64,000 nt of DNA from Citrobacter telavivensis. GTDB taxonomy: Bacteria; Pseudomonadota; Gammaproteobacteria; Enterobacterales; Enterobacteriaceae. The notes beneath the pieces were generated by a model, which was not told the origin of the DNA, did not search any database, and was given only the letters and a program-made list of their open reading frames with translations. A program made the position numbers and the translations under genes. Shown here one piece after another: positions 55,490-64,000 of this stretch (position 1 is its first letter; each line of letters opens with the position of its first letter). The stretch is from NCBI GenBank assembly GCA_009363175.1, contig CP045205.1:856549-920548 (forward strand). Direction: 5' to 3'.

Positions 55490-55567
55490 GGTTTTTTCGA
55501 CCCTGATTCCATAACAGGTTAAATCTGCTGTTGAATGTGCAGTTTGTGGTTCCAAAATCACCTTTAG

Positions 55568-55604
55568 CTGTATATACTCACAGCATAACTGTATATACAC
55601 CCAG
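55568..55604 (+). promoter_or_regulatory. Two tandem LexA (SOS) boxes in the lexA promoter
   Basis: CTGTATATACTCACAG (55568-55583) and CTGTATATACACCCAG (55589-55604), both matching CTGT-N8-ACAG. Confidence 0.9.
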
Positions 55605-55612
55605 GGGGCGGA

Positions 55613-56221
55613 ATGAAAGCGTTAACGGCCAGGCAACAAGAGGTGTTTGATCTCATTCGGGATCACATCAGCCAGACAGGTATGCCACCGACGCGTGCAG
55701 AGATCGCACAGCGTTTGGGGTTCCGTTCCCCAAACGCGGCTGAAGAACACCTGAAAGCGCTGGCGCGTAAAGGAGCAATTGAAATCGTCTCCGGCGCTTC
55801 TCGCGGCATTCGACTGCTGCAGGAAGAAGAAGAGGGTTTACCGCTCATCGGTCGTGTTGCGGCGGGCGAACCCTTGCTGGCGCAGCAGCACATTGAAGGC
55901 CATTATCAGGTGGATCCGTCTTTGTTTAAGCCGAATGCCGATTTCCTGCTGCGCGTCAGCGGAATGTCGATGAAAGATATCGGCATTATGGATGGCGATT
56001 TGTTGGCGGTACACAAAACCCAGGATGTGCGTAACGGCCAGGTGGTTGTGGCGCGTATCGACGACGAAGTGACGGTCAAACGCTTGAAAAAACAGGGCAA
56101 CAAAGTTGAGTTGCTGCCTGAAAACAGCGAATTTAAACCTATCCTGGTTGACCTTCGCGAACAGAATTTCACCATCGAAGGATTGGCCGTTGGCGTCATC
56201 CGTAACGGTGAATGGCTGTAG
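55613..56221 (+). CDS. lexA: SOS repressor LexA
   Basis: [58 protein letters not shown]..., 202 aa. Confidence 0.97.
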   Translation: MKALTARQQEVFDLIRDHISQTGMPPTRAEIAQRLGFRSPNAAEEHLKALARKGAIEIVSGASRGIRLLQEEEEGLPLIGRVAAGEPLLAQQHIEGHYQVDPSLFKPNADFLLRVSGMSMKDIGIMDGDLLAVHKTQDVRNGQVVVARIDDEVTVKRLKKQGNKVELLPENSEFKPILVDLREQNFTIEGLAVGVIRNGEWL

Positions 56222-56314
56222 TATTCCTGTAGGCCGGATGAGGCGTTTACGCCGCTATCCGGCACTCTCACCACTCTCACCACTCTCGTTATGACCTCTT
56301 CTCAGGCTCGCTCC

Positions 56315-57640
56315 ATGCCGTTTTTTGCTCCTGCTGACAAAGCGCTCTGGCGTCTCGCCTTACCGATGATTTTCTCCAATATCACCGTTCCGCTGTTGGG
56401 ACTGGTGGATACGGCGGTCATTGGTCACCTGGACAGCCCCGTGTATCTCGGCGGGGTGGCGGTGGGGGCGACGGCAACCAGTTTTCTGTTCATGCTCCTG
56501 CTCTTTTTACGCATGAGCACGACCGGGTTGACGGCGCAGGCGTTCGGTGCGAAGAATCCTCAGGCGCTGGCGCGGGCTCTGGTGCAACCGCTGATCCTGG
56601 CGTTGGGCGCAGGGGCAGTGATTGCGCTCTTTCGTACACCGATTATCGATCTGGCGCTGCACATTGTGGGTGGTAGCGAAGCGGTACTGGAACAGGCAAG
56701 ACGGTTTCTGGCCATTCGCTGGCTGAGCGCCCCGGCATCGCTGGCGAATCTGGTATTGCTCGGTTGGTTACTGGGCGTACAGTACGCGCGTGCGCCGGTG
56801 ATCCTGCTGATTGTCGGCAATATCCTGAATATTGTGCTCGACCTCTGGCTGGTGATGGGGTTGCACATGAACGTGCAAGGAGCCGCGCTGGCGACGGTGA
56901 TCGCGGAATATGCGACGCTGCTGATCGGTTTGTTGATGGTGCGTAAAGTGTTGCACCTGCGTGGCGTCTCCCTCGTTATGCTCAAACAGGCCTGGCGGGG
57001 AAACATTCGTCGCCTTCTGGCGCTCAATCGCGACATCATGCTGCGTTCACTGCTGCTGCAACTTTGCTTTGGCGCTATCACCGTGCTGGGGGCCAGACTG
57101 GGCAGCGATATCATCGCCGTTAACGCCGTATTGATGACGCTGCTGACATTTACGGCCTATGCGCTGGATGGCTTTGCTTACGCCGTGGAGGCGCATTCTG
57201 GTCAGGCCTATGGTGCCCGCGACGGCAGTCAGTTACTGGAAGTCTGGCGTGCCGCGTGCCGCCAGTCAGGTATCGTCGCGCTGCTGTTTTCACTGGTTTA
57301 TTTACTCGCCGGCGAACCGATCGTTGCGCTGCTGACATCACTACCACAAATCCAACAACTGGCCGATCGCTACCTGCTCTGGCAGGCGATTTTGCCTCTG
57401 GTCGGCGTCTGGTGCTATCTGCTGGATGGCATGTTTATCGGCGCAACGCGGGCGGCTGAAATGCGCAACAGCATGGCGGTGGCCGCCGCCGGGTTTGCGC
57501 TGACGCTATTCGCGCTACCCGTGTTGGGTAATCACGGTTTATGGCTGGCGCTGGCGGTATTTCTGGCGCTGCGCGGGCTGTCATTAGCCTGGATCTGGCG
57601 GCGTCACTGGCGAAACGGAACCTGGTTTACTGTCTCGTAA
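56315..57640 (+). CDS. dinF: MATE-family efflux protein DinF (SOS-regulated, co-transcribed with lexA)
   Basis: MPFFAPADKALWRLALPMIFSNITVPLLGLVDTAVIGHLDSPVYLGG... The ORF-track start at 56291 is 8 codons upstream. Confidence 0.92.
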   Translation: MPFFAPADKALWRLALPMIFSNITVPLLGLVDTAVIGHLDSPVYLGGVAVGATATSFLFMLLLFLRMSTTGLTAQAFGAKNPQALARALVQPLILALGAGAVIALFRTPIIDLALHIVGGSEAVLEQARRFLAIRWLSAPASLANLVLLGWLLGVQYARAPVILLIVGNILNIVLDLWLVMGLHMNVQGAALATVIAEYATLLIGLLMVRKVLHLRGVSLVMLKQAWRGNIRRLLALNRDIMLRSLLLQLCFGAITVLGARLGSDIIAVNAVLMTLLTFTAYALDGFAYAVEAHSGQAYGARDGSQLLEVWRAACRQSGIVALLFSLVYLLAGEPIVALLTSLPQIQQLADRYLLWQAILPLVGVWCYLLDGMFIGATRAAEMRNSMAVAAAGFALTLFALPVLGNHGLWLALAVFLALRGLSLAWIWRRHWRNGTWFTVS

Positions 57641-57767
57641 TGGTTAAAGATTCTGAATAGTGAATTTAACCCAGAATCTATGACTACACTTAATCTCACG
57701 TCCAGCAGAAAACGAACGCAGTTGGGCGGTTTACTCTCACTATTCACAGCCTAATAAAGAGGACTTT

Positions 57768-57980
57768 ATGATGAATAAAGACGAAGTCGGCGGTAACTGG
57801 AAACAGTTCAAAGGTAAAGTGAAAGAGCAGTGGGGCAAACTGACCGATGACGATATGACGGTCATTGAAGGTAAGCGTGATCAACTGGTGGGTAAAATCC
57901 AGGAACGTTATGGTTACGCGAAAGACCAGGCGGAGAAAGAGGTCGATAGCTGGGAAAAACGCAACGACTATCGCTGGTAA
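57768..57980 (+). CDS. yjbJ: CsbD-family general-stress protein YjbJ
   Basis: MMNKDEVGGNWKQFKGKVKEQWGKLTDDDMTVIEGKRDQLVGKIQERYGY. Confidence 0.9.
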   Translation: MMNKDEVGGNWKQFKGKVKEQWGKLTDDDMTVIEGKRDQLVGKIQERYGYAKDQAEKEVDSWEKRNDYRW

Positions 57981-58057
57981 TCCCCCCTCTTACCCGTGAG
58001 TACAAGGATGTACACCCCTCTGTTTGCTTCGGGCGGCATCGCGTGCCGCCCACGCCC

Positions 58058-58573
58058 TTAACGGGGCTTCTTTTTAACCTGAATCGAATGGTCGTGCTGG
58101 CACTCGCCAGGATGACGACAGGCTTCTACTTCCACGCAGGCTGAACATAATCCGTGTGCTTCAATGACATTGTGGCGCAGGGCAAATCCCATCTTCGCTG
58201 CCAGCGTATGCATAATGTCTTCCACGCCTTCCGCACACTCTTCCTTCACCGCGCCGCAGCGGTCACAGATAAACATGGCGGAAGTATGGGTCGGCTGATC
58301 GAACAGGTAGCACAACACGTAGCTGTTGGTGGATTCGACCTTATGCACAAACCCTTGTTCAAGTAGAAAATCGAGGGCGCGATAGACCGTTGGCGGCTTG
58401 GCCTGCGGTTCGGATTCACGCAGCAGGTCGAGCAGATCGTAAGCGCTAATCGCGCCTTCCTGCAGGCTCATCAGACGCAACACTTCGAGGCGCTGTGGGG
58501 TCAGGCGCACATTGCGTTGCGCGCACAGTTTTTCAGCTTGCGCCAGCAACTCTTGCGTTGTGGTCTTTTCCAT
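58058..58573 (-). CDS. zur: Zinc uptake regulator Zur
   Basis: 171 aa, Fur family (…HHHLICLQCGEV-like …CDRCGAVKE… CxxC pairs). Confidence 0.92.
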   Translation of the reverse strand: MEKTTTQELLAQAEKLCAQRNVRLTPQRLEVLRLMSLQEGAISAYDLLDLLRESEPQAKPPTVYRALDFLLEQGFVHKVESTNSYVLCYLFDQPTHTSAMFICDRCGAVKEECAEGVEDIMHTLAAKMGFALRHNVIEAHGLCSACVEVEACRHPGECQHDHSIQVKKKPR

Positions 58574-58852
58574 TGGGCACCTCGGATCGCGTGGAGTAAG
58601 AAAACCCTCACTTTATCATGTTATGGGAGAAACGCCGAGTTCCAGGCCAGAGCGATAAATCGCCCGCTAATCTTTCCCTGATTTACAAACTCTTCTATAT
58701 ATATTGAGGCATGTCACAAAAATAAACGCCCCGGCGATAAAAGGACGGGGCAAAACAGGCAACTTTTTCCTTGTTAATCACAGCAATGCTCCAGCTTTGT
58801 CCGGTTGATACTGGCAGAGACGATTTTCACCTGCGAATAAAATGGGCTTACT

Positions 58853-60100
58853 GTGAATAAAAATTTGAATATTTTGGTGGTGGCGATGACGGGCTCGCTG
58901 TTGGCGTCTCAAACCGCGAGTGCCGCGAATTCCTGGACAGAAGCGCGTAATGACGCGATGGGCGGCACGGGCGTGGCGTCAGCAAATTATGGCAGCGGCG
59001 TACTCATCAACCCGGCATTATTGGCGAAGTCACAGCCGGATGATGACATTACGGTGATCTTCCCGGCTATCGGTGGACAGATTTCCGACAAGGATAATCT
59101 GCGCGATAAGATTGATGATGTCACCGACGACGTGAATAACTACCGCCGCTCCCTGGACAATATCAACCCTCTCGATCTCTTTGTTCCCGGCAGCGCAGGC
59201 TACCGGCAGGTGTCTAATGCCGCGGGCGATCTGGCTGACCAACTGGAATCCCTGAAAGGGAAAACGGCCAGTGCGAAAGCCGGGGGCGGGCTTGCGGTCA
59301 GCATTCCGAACGATGTGTTAGCCGTGGCCTTTGTGGCGAAAGCCAACGCCCGCGCCCGTGTGAGTTCGTCTATTGATCAGGGCGACATTGACACGCTGCG
59401 CGGCGTTGAAGCGGTGCCTTCCAGCATCCTGGCGGTGGATCCTGAGAACCTTAAGTCAAAAGGGTTTGGCCGCGCCGCCATTGTCTCTGATTACGGTGTC
59501 GCGGTGGCTCGCCAGTTCGACCTGGGCGGCGTACCGGTTTCGGTTGGCGTGACGCCGAAACTGCAAAAAACCTGGCTCTACAACTACACGGTCTCGATTT
59601 ACGATTTCAATAGCGACGACATCAACAGCAGTCGCTATCGCAATGATGATACCGGTTTTAACGTTGATGCGGGCCTGGCCGCGGACTTTGGCGAACACTG
59701 GACGGTTGGCCTGAGCGGGCAAAACCTGTTCTCTCGCGATATCGACACAAAAGAGGTGGCTGGCGTCCGCGATACTTACCAGATTCGACCGTTGGTCACC
59801 GCCGGTGTGGCGTGGCACAACGATCTGCTGACGCTGAGCGCAGACGGTGATTTAACCGAAACTAAAGGCTTCAAAAGCGAGGAAAACTCACAGTATGTTG
59901 GCGTCGGTGCTGAAGTCCGACCGCTCGACTGGTTGGCCGTCCGTGCCGGTTATCGTGCTGACGTGAAGGACAATGACAGCAATGTCTTCACCGGCGGTGT
60001 CGGGTTTGCCCCGTTCAATCGCGTCCATCTTGATTTGATGGGGCTGTACGGCGAGGACGAAACCTGGGGTGCAGGCGCGCAGGTCAGCGTGACGTTCTGA
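58853..60100 (+). CDS. TraF-like outer-membrane beta-barrel protein, intact 415-aa version of what I recall as the K-12 yjbL/yjbM fragments
   Basis: Signal peptide MNKNLNILVVAMTGSLLASQTASA. Alternating amphipathic beta-strands. C-terminal ...GAGAQVSVTF has an aromatic terminus. Confidence 0.65.
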   Translation: MNKNLNILVVAMTGSLLASQTASAANSWTEARNDAMGGTGVASANYGSGVLINPALLAKSQPDDDITVIFPAIGGQISDKDNLRDKIDDVTDDVNNYRRSLDNINPLDLFVPGSAGYRQVSNAAGDLADQLESLKGKTASAKAGGGLAVSIPNDVLAVAFVAKANARARVSSSIDQGDIDTLRGVEAVPSSILAVDPENLKSKGFGRAAIVSDYGVAVARQFDLGGVPVSVGVTPKLQKTWLYNYTVSIYDFNSDDINSSRYRNDDTGFNVDAGLAADFGEHWTVGLSGQNLFSRDIDTKEVAGVRDTYQIRPLVTAGVAWHNDLLTLSADGDLTETKGFKSEENSQYVGVGAEVRPLDWLAVRAGYRADVKDNDSNVFTGGVGFAPFNRVHLDLMGLYGEDETWGAGAQVSVTF

Positions 60101-60130
60101 TGAGGATGGCGGGGCAGTATGCCCCGTCTT

Positions 60131-60463
60131 TCAGCCATGAGCTGCTTTAGTCAACGTATCGTTAATCCATTGATTTACACTTTTCCCGGAGACTTCGGCG
60201 GCGATGTTAATCGCCGAATGCACCTCCGGAGAAATACGCAGACTGATCTTTCCACTAGCCGGGCGCAGAGGTTCTCTGCCTTGTTCAGCACAGTAAGAAA
60301 GGTAATCATCGACCGCTTCTTCGAAGGCATTGCGAAGATCGGAAACGTTGTCGGCATGGAAACCAATCACATCACGTATACCGGCAACATGCCCGACGAA
60401 GCACAAATCTTCGTCACTGTAATCAATTTTGGCGGCATAGCCTTTATAAGTCATGGTGTTCAT
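60131..60463 (-). CDS. hicB: HicB-family antitoxin (HicB fold plus C-terminal RHH)
   Basis: MNTMTYKGYAAKIDYSDEDLCFVGHVAGIRDVIGFHADNVSDLRNAFEEAVDDYLSYCAEQGREPL...SPEVHSAINIAAEVSGKSVNQWINDTL. Confidence 0.85.
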   Translation of the reverse strand: MNTMTYKGYAAKIDYSDEDLCFVGHVAGIRDVIGFHADNVSDLRNAFEEAVDDYLSYCAEQGREPLRPASGKISLRISPEVHSAINIAAEVSGKSVNQWINDTLTKAAHG

Positions 60464-60724
60464 GGGATCACTCCTACTGCGATAAGAAAGGCCATAGCAT
60501 CCTTGACCTGATAAACTTTGGCTTCCTTTTCAGGATGTGGGCGATGAAAAGAGGCCACAACCTGATTGATTTCAAATCTGACACGGGATCCGTTCCCCTC
60601 TGAGACCTTTGCACCTAAGGCAACAAACAGCGCCTCAATTTTTCGCCATTCCAGCGCCGCAGGCGTTGGTAGTGAGAAAATCTGCTGTAATGTTTTTTTG
60701 GTATCTGGCGCTTAGTGATGTCAT
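60460..60724 (-). pseudogene. hicA: HicA-family toxin gene, out of frame at an A7 run (T7 on the plus strand at 60693-60699). Its stop overlaps the hicB start (ATGA).
   Basis: TATACT -10 element and AAGGAAAC ribosome-binding site precede the ATG at 60724. Frame 1 reads MTSLSARYQKN then stops. After a +1 shift in the A-run the frame reads ...TLQQIFSLPTPAALEWRKIEALFVALGAKVSEGNGSRVRFEINQVVASFHRPHPEKEAKVYQVKDAMAFLIAVGVIP, which is a HicA. Confidence 0.7.
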
Positions 60725-60869
60725 ATCAATGCCGTTTCCTTGTGAGTATAATGCCCGCCAGGACAATTTGATGCTATCATTTTTTGATAGCACATCAAGG
60801 TGAATCGTATCCCTTTCCTGCCTGTGCTATAGTAGCGCCCCCAAATCACCGGATGCTCAAAAAATCACC

Positions 60870-61865
60870 ATGTCACCAGAATTACAATCCGTCTTTCCGG
60901 CCCACCGTTTTTCCATCGCGCCCATGCTCGACTGGACGGACAGGCACTGTCGCTATTTCCTGCGCTTGTTGTCTCGCCAGACGTTGCTCTACACCGAGAT
61001 GGTGACGACGGGGGCGATTATTCATGGCAAAGGGGATTATCTGGCGTACAGCGAAGAAGAGCATCCGCTCGCGCTGCAACTGGGCGGCAGCGATCCGGCA
61101 GCGCTGGCGCACTGTGCGAAGCTGGCTGAGGCACGCGGCTACGATGAGATTAACCTCAATGTCGGCTGTCCTTCCGATCGCGTGCAGAACGGCATGTTTG
61201 GCGCCTGTCTGATGGGCAATGCGCAACTGGTGGCGGATTGCGTAAAGGCGATGCGCGACGTGGTGTCGATTCCGGTGACGGTGAAAACCCGCATTGGTAT
61301 TGATGACCAGGACAGCTATGAATTTCTCTGTGATTTCATCAGTACGGTGTCCGGTCGCGGTGAGTGCGAGATGTTCATCATCCACGCCCGCAAAGCCTGG
61401 CTTTCCGGGTTAAGTCCGAAAGAAAACCGTGAGATCCCGCCGCTGGATTATCCGCGCGTTTATCAACTGAAACGCGACTTCCCGCAGCTGACGATGTCCA
61501 TCAACGGCGGCATTAAGTCGCTGGATGAGGCGAAGGCGCATCTCGAACATATGGACGGTGTGATGGTTGGCCGCGAGGCTTATCAGAACCCGGGTATTCT
61601 GGCCTCTGTCGACCGCGAAATCTTTGGCTCCCCGACCGCTGATGCCGATCCGGTGGCGGTGGTGCGGGCCATGTATCCCTATATCGAGCGCGAACTGAGC
61701 CAGGGGACGTATCTCGGCCACATTACGCGCCATATGCTGGGTCTGTTCCAGGGGATCCCTGGGGCGCGCCAGTGGCGTCGTTACCTGAGCGAAAACGCCC
61801 ATAAAGCCGGTGCCGATATCAATGTGCTGGAGCATGCGCTAAAGCTGGTTGCCGATAAGCGGTAG
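60870..61865 (+). CDS. dusA: tRNA-dihydrouridine(20/20a) synthase DusA
   Basis: ...[64 protein letters not shown]..., 331 aa. Confidence 0.93.
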   Translation: MSPELQSVFPAHRFSIAPMLDWTDRHCRYFLRLLSRQTLLYTEMVTTGAIIHGKGDYLAYSEEEHPLALQLGGSDPAALAHCAKLAEARGYDEINLNVGCPSDRVQNGMFGACLMGNAQLVADCVKAMRDVVSIPVTVKTRIGIDDQDSYEFLCDFISTVSGRGECEMFIIHARKAWLSGLSPKENREIPPLDYPRVYQLKRDFPQLTMSINGGIKSLDEAKAHLEHMDGVMVGREAYQNPGILASVDREIFGSPTADADPVAVVRAMYPYIERELSQGTYLGHITRHMLGLFQGIPGARQWRRYLSENAHKAGADINVLEHALKLVADKR

Positions 61866-61947
61866 ATTTTCACTAAAAGTTAGTCAATTTCACCACGCCC
61901 TGCAAAAATTTACGGGGCGTTTTGTTGATAAATCAACAAATTAACTT

Positions 61948-61963
61948 TGGCATGATTTTTGTA
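61948..61963 (+). promoter_or_regulatory. Sigma-54 promoter of pspG, with an upstream 8-bp inverted repeat (TTGTTGAT-aa-ATCAACAA, 61922-61939) that may be a PspF/IHF site
   Basis: TGGCATgatttTTGTA, two mismatches from TGGCAC-N5-TTGCA. pspG is sigma-54 / PspF dependent in E. coli. Confidence 0.6.
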
Positions 61964-61998
61964 ATGGATTGTGCAGGAATTCATTATGGGAGAGCATC

Positions 61999-62241
61999 AT
62001 GCTGGAACTACTTTTTGTGCTTGGCTTCTTTATCATGCTGATGGTCACCGGCGTCTCGCTGTTGGGCATTCTGGCTGCGCTGGTTGTCGCCGCGTTCGTG
62101 ATGTTCCTTGGCGGCATGTTTGCACTGATGATCAAACTGCTGCCGTGGCTACTGCTGGCTGTTGCCGTAGTGTGGGTGATCAAGGCGATTAAGTCGCCGA
62201 AAGTCCCACAATATCAGCGCAATAACCGTTGGCGTTACTAA
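61999..62241 (+). CDS. pspG: Phage-shock protein G
   Basis: MLELLFVLGFFIMLMVTGVSLLGILAALVVAAFVMFLGGMFALMIKLLPWLLLAVAVVWVIKAIKSPKVPQYQRNNRWRY. Confidence 0.9.
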   Translation: MLELLFVLGFFIMLMVTGVSLLGILAALVVAAFVMFLGGMFALMIKLLPWLLLAVAVVWVIKAIKSPKVPQYQRNNRWRY

Positions 62242-62365
62242 AGATGTGAGGGATGCGTCACAACCTGTAATTTTGGCGTCATAACCAAATAGGAATTGAT
62301 CGTCAAATCTGTCAGTATTGCGCGTCTAACAGATTCATCGAGCTGTACCCTACATACAGCCGAAC

Positions 62366-62410
62366 AAAAAAAGAAAGGGCTTCCCAATGGGAAGCCCAAT
62401 TTCTTTCTCC
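62366..62410. terminator. Bidirectional rho-independent terminator (pspG on plus, qorA on minus)
   Basis: aaaaaaagaaagggcttccc-aatg-ggaagcccaatttctttct. Confidence 0.7.
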
Positions 62411-62421
62411 CTGTCATAATT

Positions 62422-62525
62422 AAAGCTGCAGGTGTGTTGGCTGCTGTCACTCACCCCAGTCACTGATTTCAGTAAGCTCCTGAGGATTCGTTCCATTGCC
62501 GCCTTCCTGCAACTTGAATGATTCA
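62422..62525. repeat. ERIC/IRU element (copy 2)
   Basis: About 85% identical over ~55 nt to the copy at 29285-29392 (gtaagctcctgaggattcgttccattgccgccttcctgcaacttgaatgatt). Confidence 0.75.
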
Positions 62526-62539
62526 GGGGAGCCAGGCAG

Positions 62540-63523
62540 TTAAGGAATCAGCAAACTGGAACCCTGCGTCGCCCGACTCTCCAGCACTTCATGTGCTCGC
62601 CGCGCCTCTTTCAACGGATATTTCTGACTGTCTGCCACATCCACTTTGATCACACCGCTGGCGATCAGCGAAAACAGTTCGTTGCTGGCTTCGGTCAGTT
62701 CTTCCGCGTTGGTGATGTAGCCCTGAAGAGAAGGGCGCGTGGCGTACAGGGAACCTTTCTGATTCAGAATCCCCAGGTTCACGCCGGTCACTGGCCCCGA
62801 TGCGTTGCCAAAACTGACCATCAGTCCACGACGTTGCAGACAGTCCAGCGAGGCTTCCCAGGTATCCTTGCCGACGGAGTCATAGACCACGCGGACTTTT
62901 TTACCGCCGGTTATCTCTTTTACCCGCTCGACAATGTTCTCTTCGCGATAGTTAATCACCTGCCATGCGCCGGCATCCAGTGCCCGCTGCGCCTTCTGCG
63001 CGCTGCCGACGGTGCCAATCAGTTTCGCGCCGAGTGCTTTTGCCCACTGACAGGCAATCAGCCCGACGCCGCCAGCGGCCGCGTGGAACAGGAACGGTTC
63101 GTCGGGCTTGATTTCGTAAGTTTTGCGCAGCAGATAAAAAACGGTCAGTCCCTTCAGGAAAGAGGCAGCAGCCTGCTCATAGGAGATGGCATCAGGCAGG
63201 ATAGCGGCCTTATCAGCCGGTACGTTGTGGACTGAACTGTAGGCGCCGAGCGCGGACTGCGCATACACCACGCGATCGCCCACGTTAATATGGCTGACGC
63301 CGCTGCCGACTTTGACGACGACGCCAGCCGCTTCGGTCCCTAAACCGCTGGGCAGCGCGGGAGGCGGATAGAGCCCGCTACGAATATAGGTATCGATAAA
63401 ATTAATGCCGATCGCTTTGTTTTCGACCTGGATTTCGTTCGCCGCCGGATCGGAGGGGGTAAAGTCCACGGCCTGAAGCACGTCAGGGCCGCCATGCTTG
63501 TGAAATTCAATTCGTGTTGCCAT
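62540..63523 (-). CDS. qorA: NADPH:quinone oxidoreductase (zeta-crystallin family)
   Basis: MATRIEFHKHGGPDVLQAVDFTPSDPAANEIQVENKAIGINFIDTYIRSGLYPPP..., 327 aa. Confidence 0.92.
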   Translation of the reverse strand: MATRIEFHKHGGPDVLQAVDFTPSDPAANEIQVENKAIGINFIDTYIRSGLYPPPALPSGLGTEAAGVVVKVGSGVSHINVGDRVVYAQSALGAYSSVHNVPADKAAILPDAISYEQAAASFLKGLTVFYLLRKTYEIKPDEPFLFHAAAGGVGLIACQWAKALGAKLIGTVGSAQKAQRALDAGAWQVINYREENIVERVKEITGGKKVRVVYDSVGKDTWEASLDCLQRRGLMVSFGNASGPVTGVNLGILNQKGSLYATRPSLQGYITNAEELTEASNELFSLIASGVIKVDVADSQKYPLKEARRAHEVLESRATQGSSLLIP

Positions 63524-63587
63524 GATTTCTCCAGTATCATCGGAAGATTAGCTTCAACTCACTTTTATCTCGGTAACTCCATTCACT

Positions 63588-64000
63588 ATGGCAGGAAATA
63601 AACCCTTCAACAAACAACAGACTGATGTCCGTGACCGCGACCCACAGGTTGCCGGACTGAAAGTACCGCCGCACTCGATTGAAGCGGAACAGTCGGTGTT
63701 GGGCGGTTTAATGCTGGATAACGAGCGCTGGGACGATGTCGCCGAGCGCGTGGTGGCGGAAGATTTTTATACCCGTCCACATCGTCACATCTTCACCGAG
63801 ATGGGACGGTTGCAGGAAACCGGCAGTCCGATTGACCTGATTACGCTCGCGGAATCGCTGGAGCGACAAGGGCAACTGGACAGCGTCGGCGGTTTTGCTT
63901 ATCTGGCTGAACTCTCCAAAAATACGCCAAGTGCGGCGAACATCAGCGCGTATGCGGATATCGTGCGCGAACGCGCGGTAGTGCGCGACATGATCGCCGT
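63588..64000 (+). CDS. dnaB: Replicative DNA helicase DnaB, N-terminal part (continues beyond the window)
   Basis: MAGNKPFNKQQTDVRDRDPQVAGLKVPPHSIEAEQSVLGGLMLDNERWDDVAERVVAEDFYTRPHRHIFTEM... No stop before the window end, so it is absent from the ORF track. Confidence 0.93.
   Translation, partial: MAGNKPFNKQQTDVRDRDPQVAGLKVPPHSIEAEQSVLGGLMLDNERWDDVAERVVAEDFYTRPHRHIFTEMGRLQETGSPIDLITLAESLERQGQLDSVGGFAYLAELSKNTPSAANISAYADIVRERAVVRDMIA

Noticed and set aside
57990-58055. GC-rich hairpin gggcggca-tcgcg-tgccgccc between yjbJ and zur as a bidirectional terminator
   Set aside because: There is no adequate U-run on either strand, so it was left unannotated.

Overview
This 64 kb window is an enterobacterial chromosomal segment, with gene content and order matching the E. 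coli K-12 aceA-aceK / iclR / metH ... lexA-dinF ... qorA / dnaB neighbourhood. From protein similarity judged by eye, the host is probably from the Citrobacter/Salmonella/Escherichia clade. I called no rRNA, tRNA or CRISPR features, and found no integrase or IS element in the ORF track. No homology search or RNA folding could be run.

Core genes recognised:
- aceA (3' end), aceK, iclR, metH, yjbB, pepE, rluF, yjbD
- lysC with its leader riboswitch, pgi, yjbEFGH, psiE
- malGFE / malK-lamB-malM with the MalT/CRP control region
- ubiCA, plsB, dgkA, lexA (two SOS boxes), dinF, yjbJ, zur, dusA, pspG (sigma-54 promoter), qorA, dnaB (5' end)
- many REP/BIME clusters, two ERIC/IRU elements and several rho-independent terminators

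Three accessory blocks interrupt this core.

A. Between pepE and rluF:
- an AT-rich ~0.9 kb spacer, then a small LuxR-type regulator and a 946-aa AIDA-like autotransporter
- the complete L-sorbose PTS operon sorCDFBAME, with an extra AroE/YdiB-like dehydrogenase translationally coupled to sorE

B. Between yjbD and lysC:
- a DeoR regulator, a Cof-type HAD phosphatase, a TIM-barrel-like enzyme and a 528-aa membrane protein with a large N-terminal soluble domain
- a Gp49/HigB-like toxin inactivated by a 1-bp frameshift next to an intact XRE antitoxin, then a BASS transporter
- a variant rtc locus. RtcR (CARF-AAA+ sigma-54 activator) is divergent from a sigma-54 promoter. A ~300-nt leader carries a tRNA T-arm-like GGTTCGATTCC motif. 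Then come a TM-less SPFH/band-7 protein, RtcB and a Pol-beta-type nucleotidyltransferase. There is no rtcA and no rsr (Ro).

C. Between zur and dusA:
- an intact TraF-like outer-membrane beta-barrel gene
- a hicA-hicB pair in which hicA is out of frame at an A7 homopolymer

The strongest lead is the rtcR / tRNA-like leader / SPFH / rtcB / NTase module, a candidate RNA-repair or stress system whose composition differs from the characterised E. coli (rtcBA) and Salmonella (rsr-yrlBA-rtcBA) operons.
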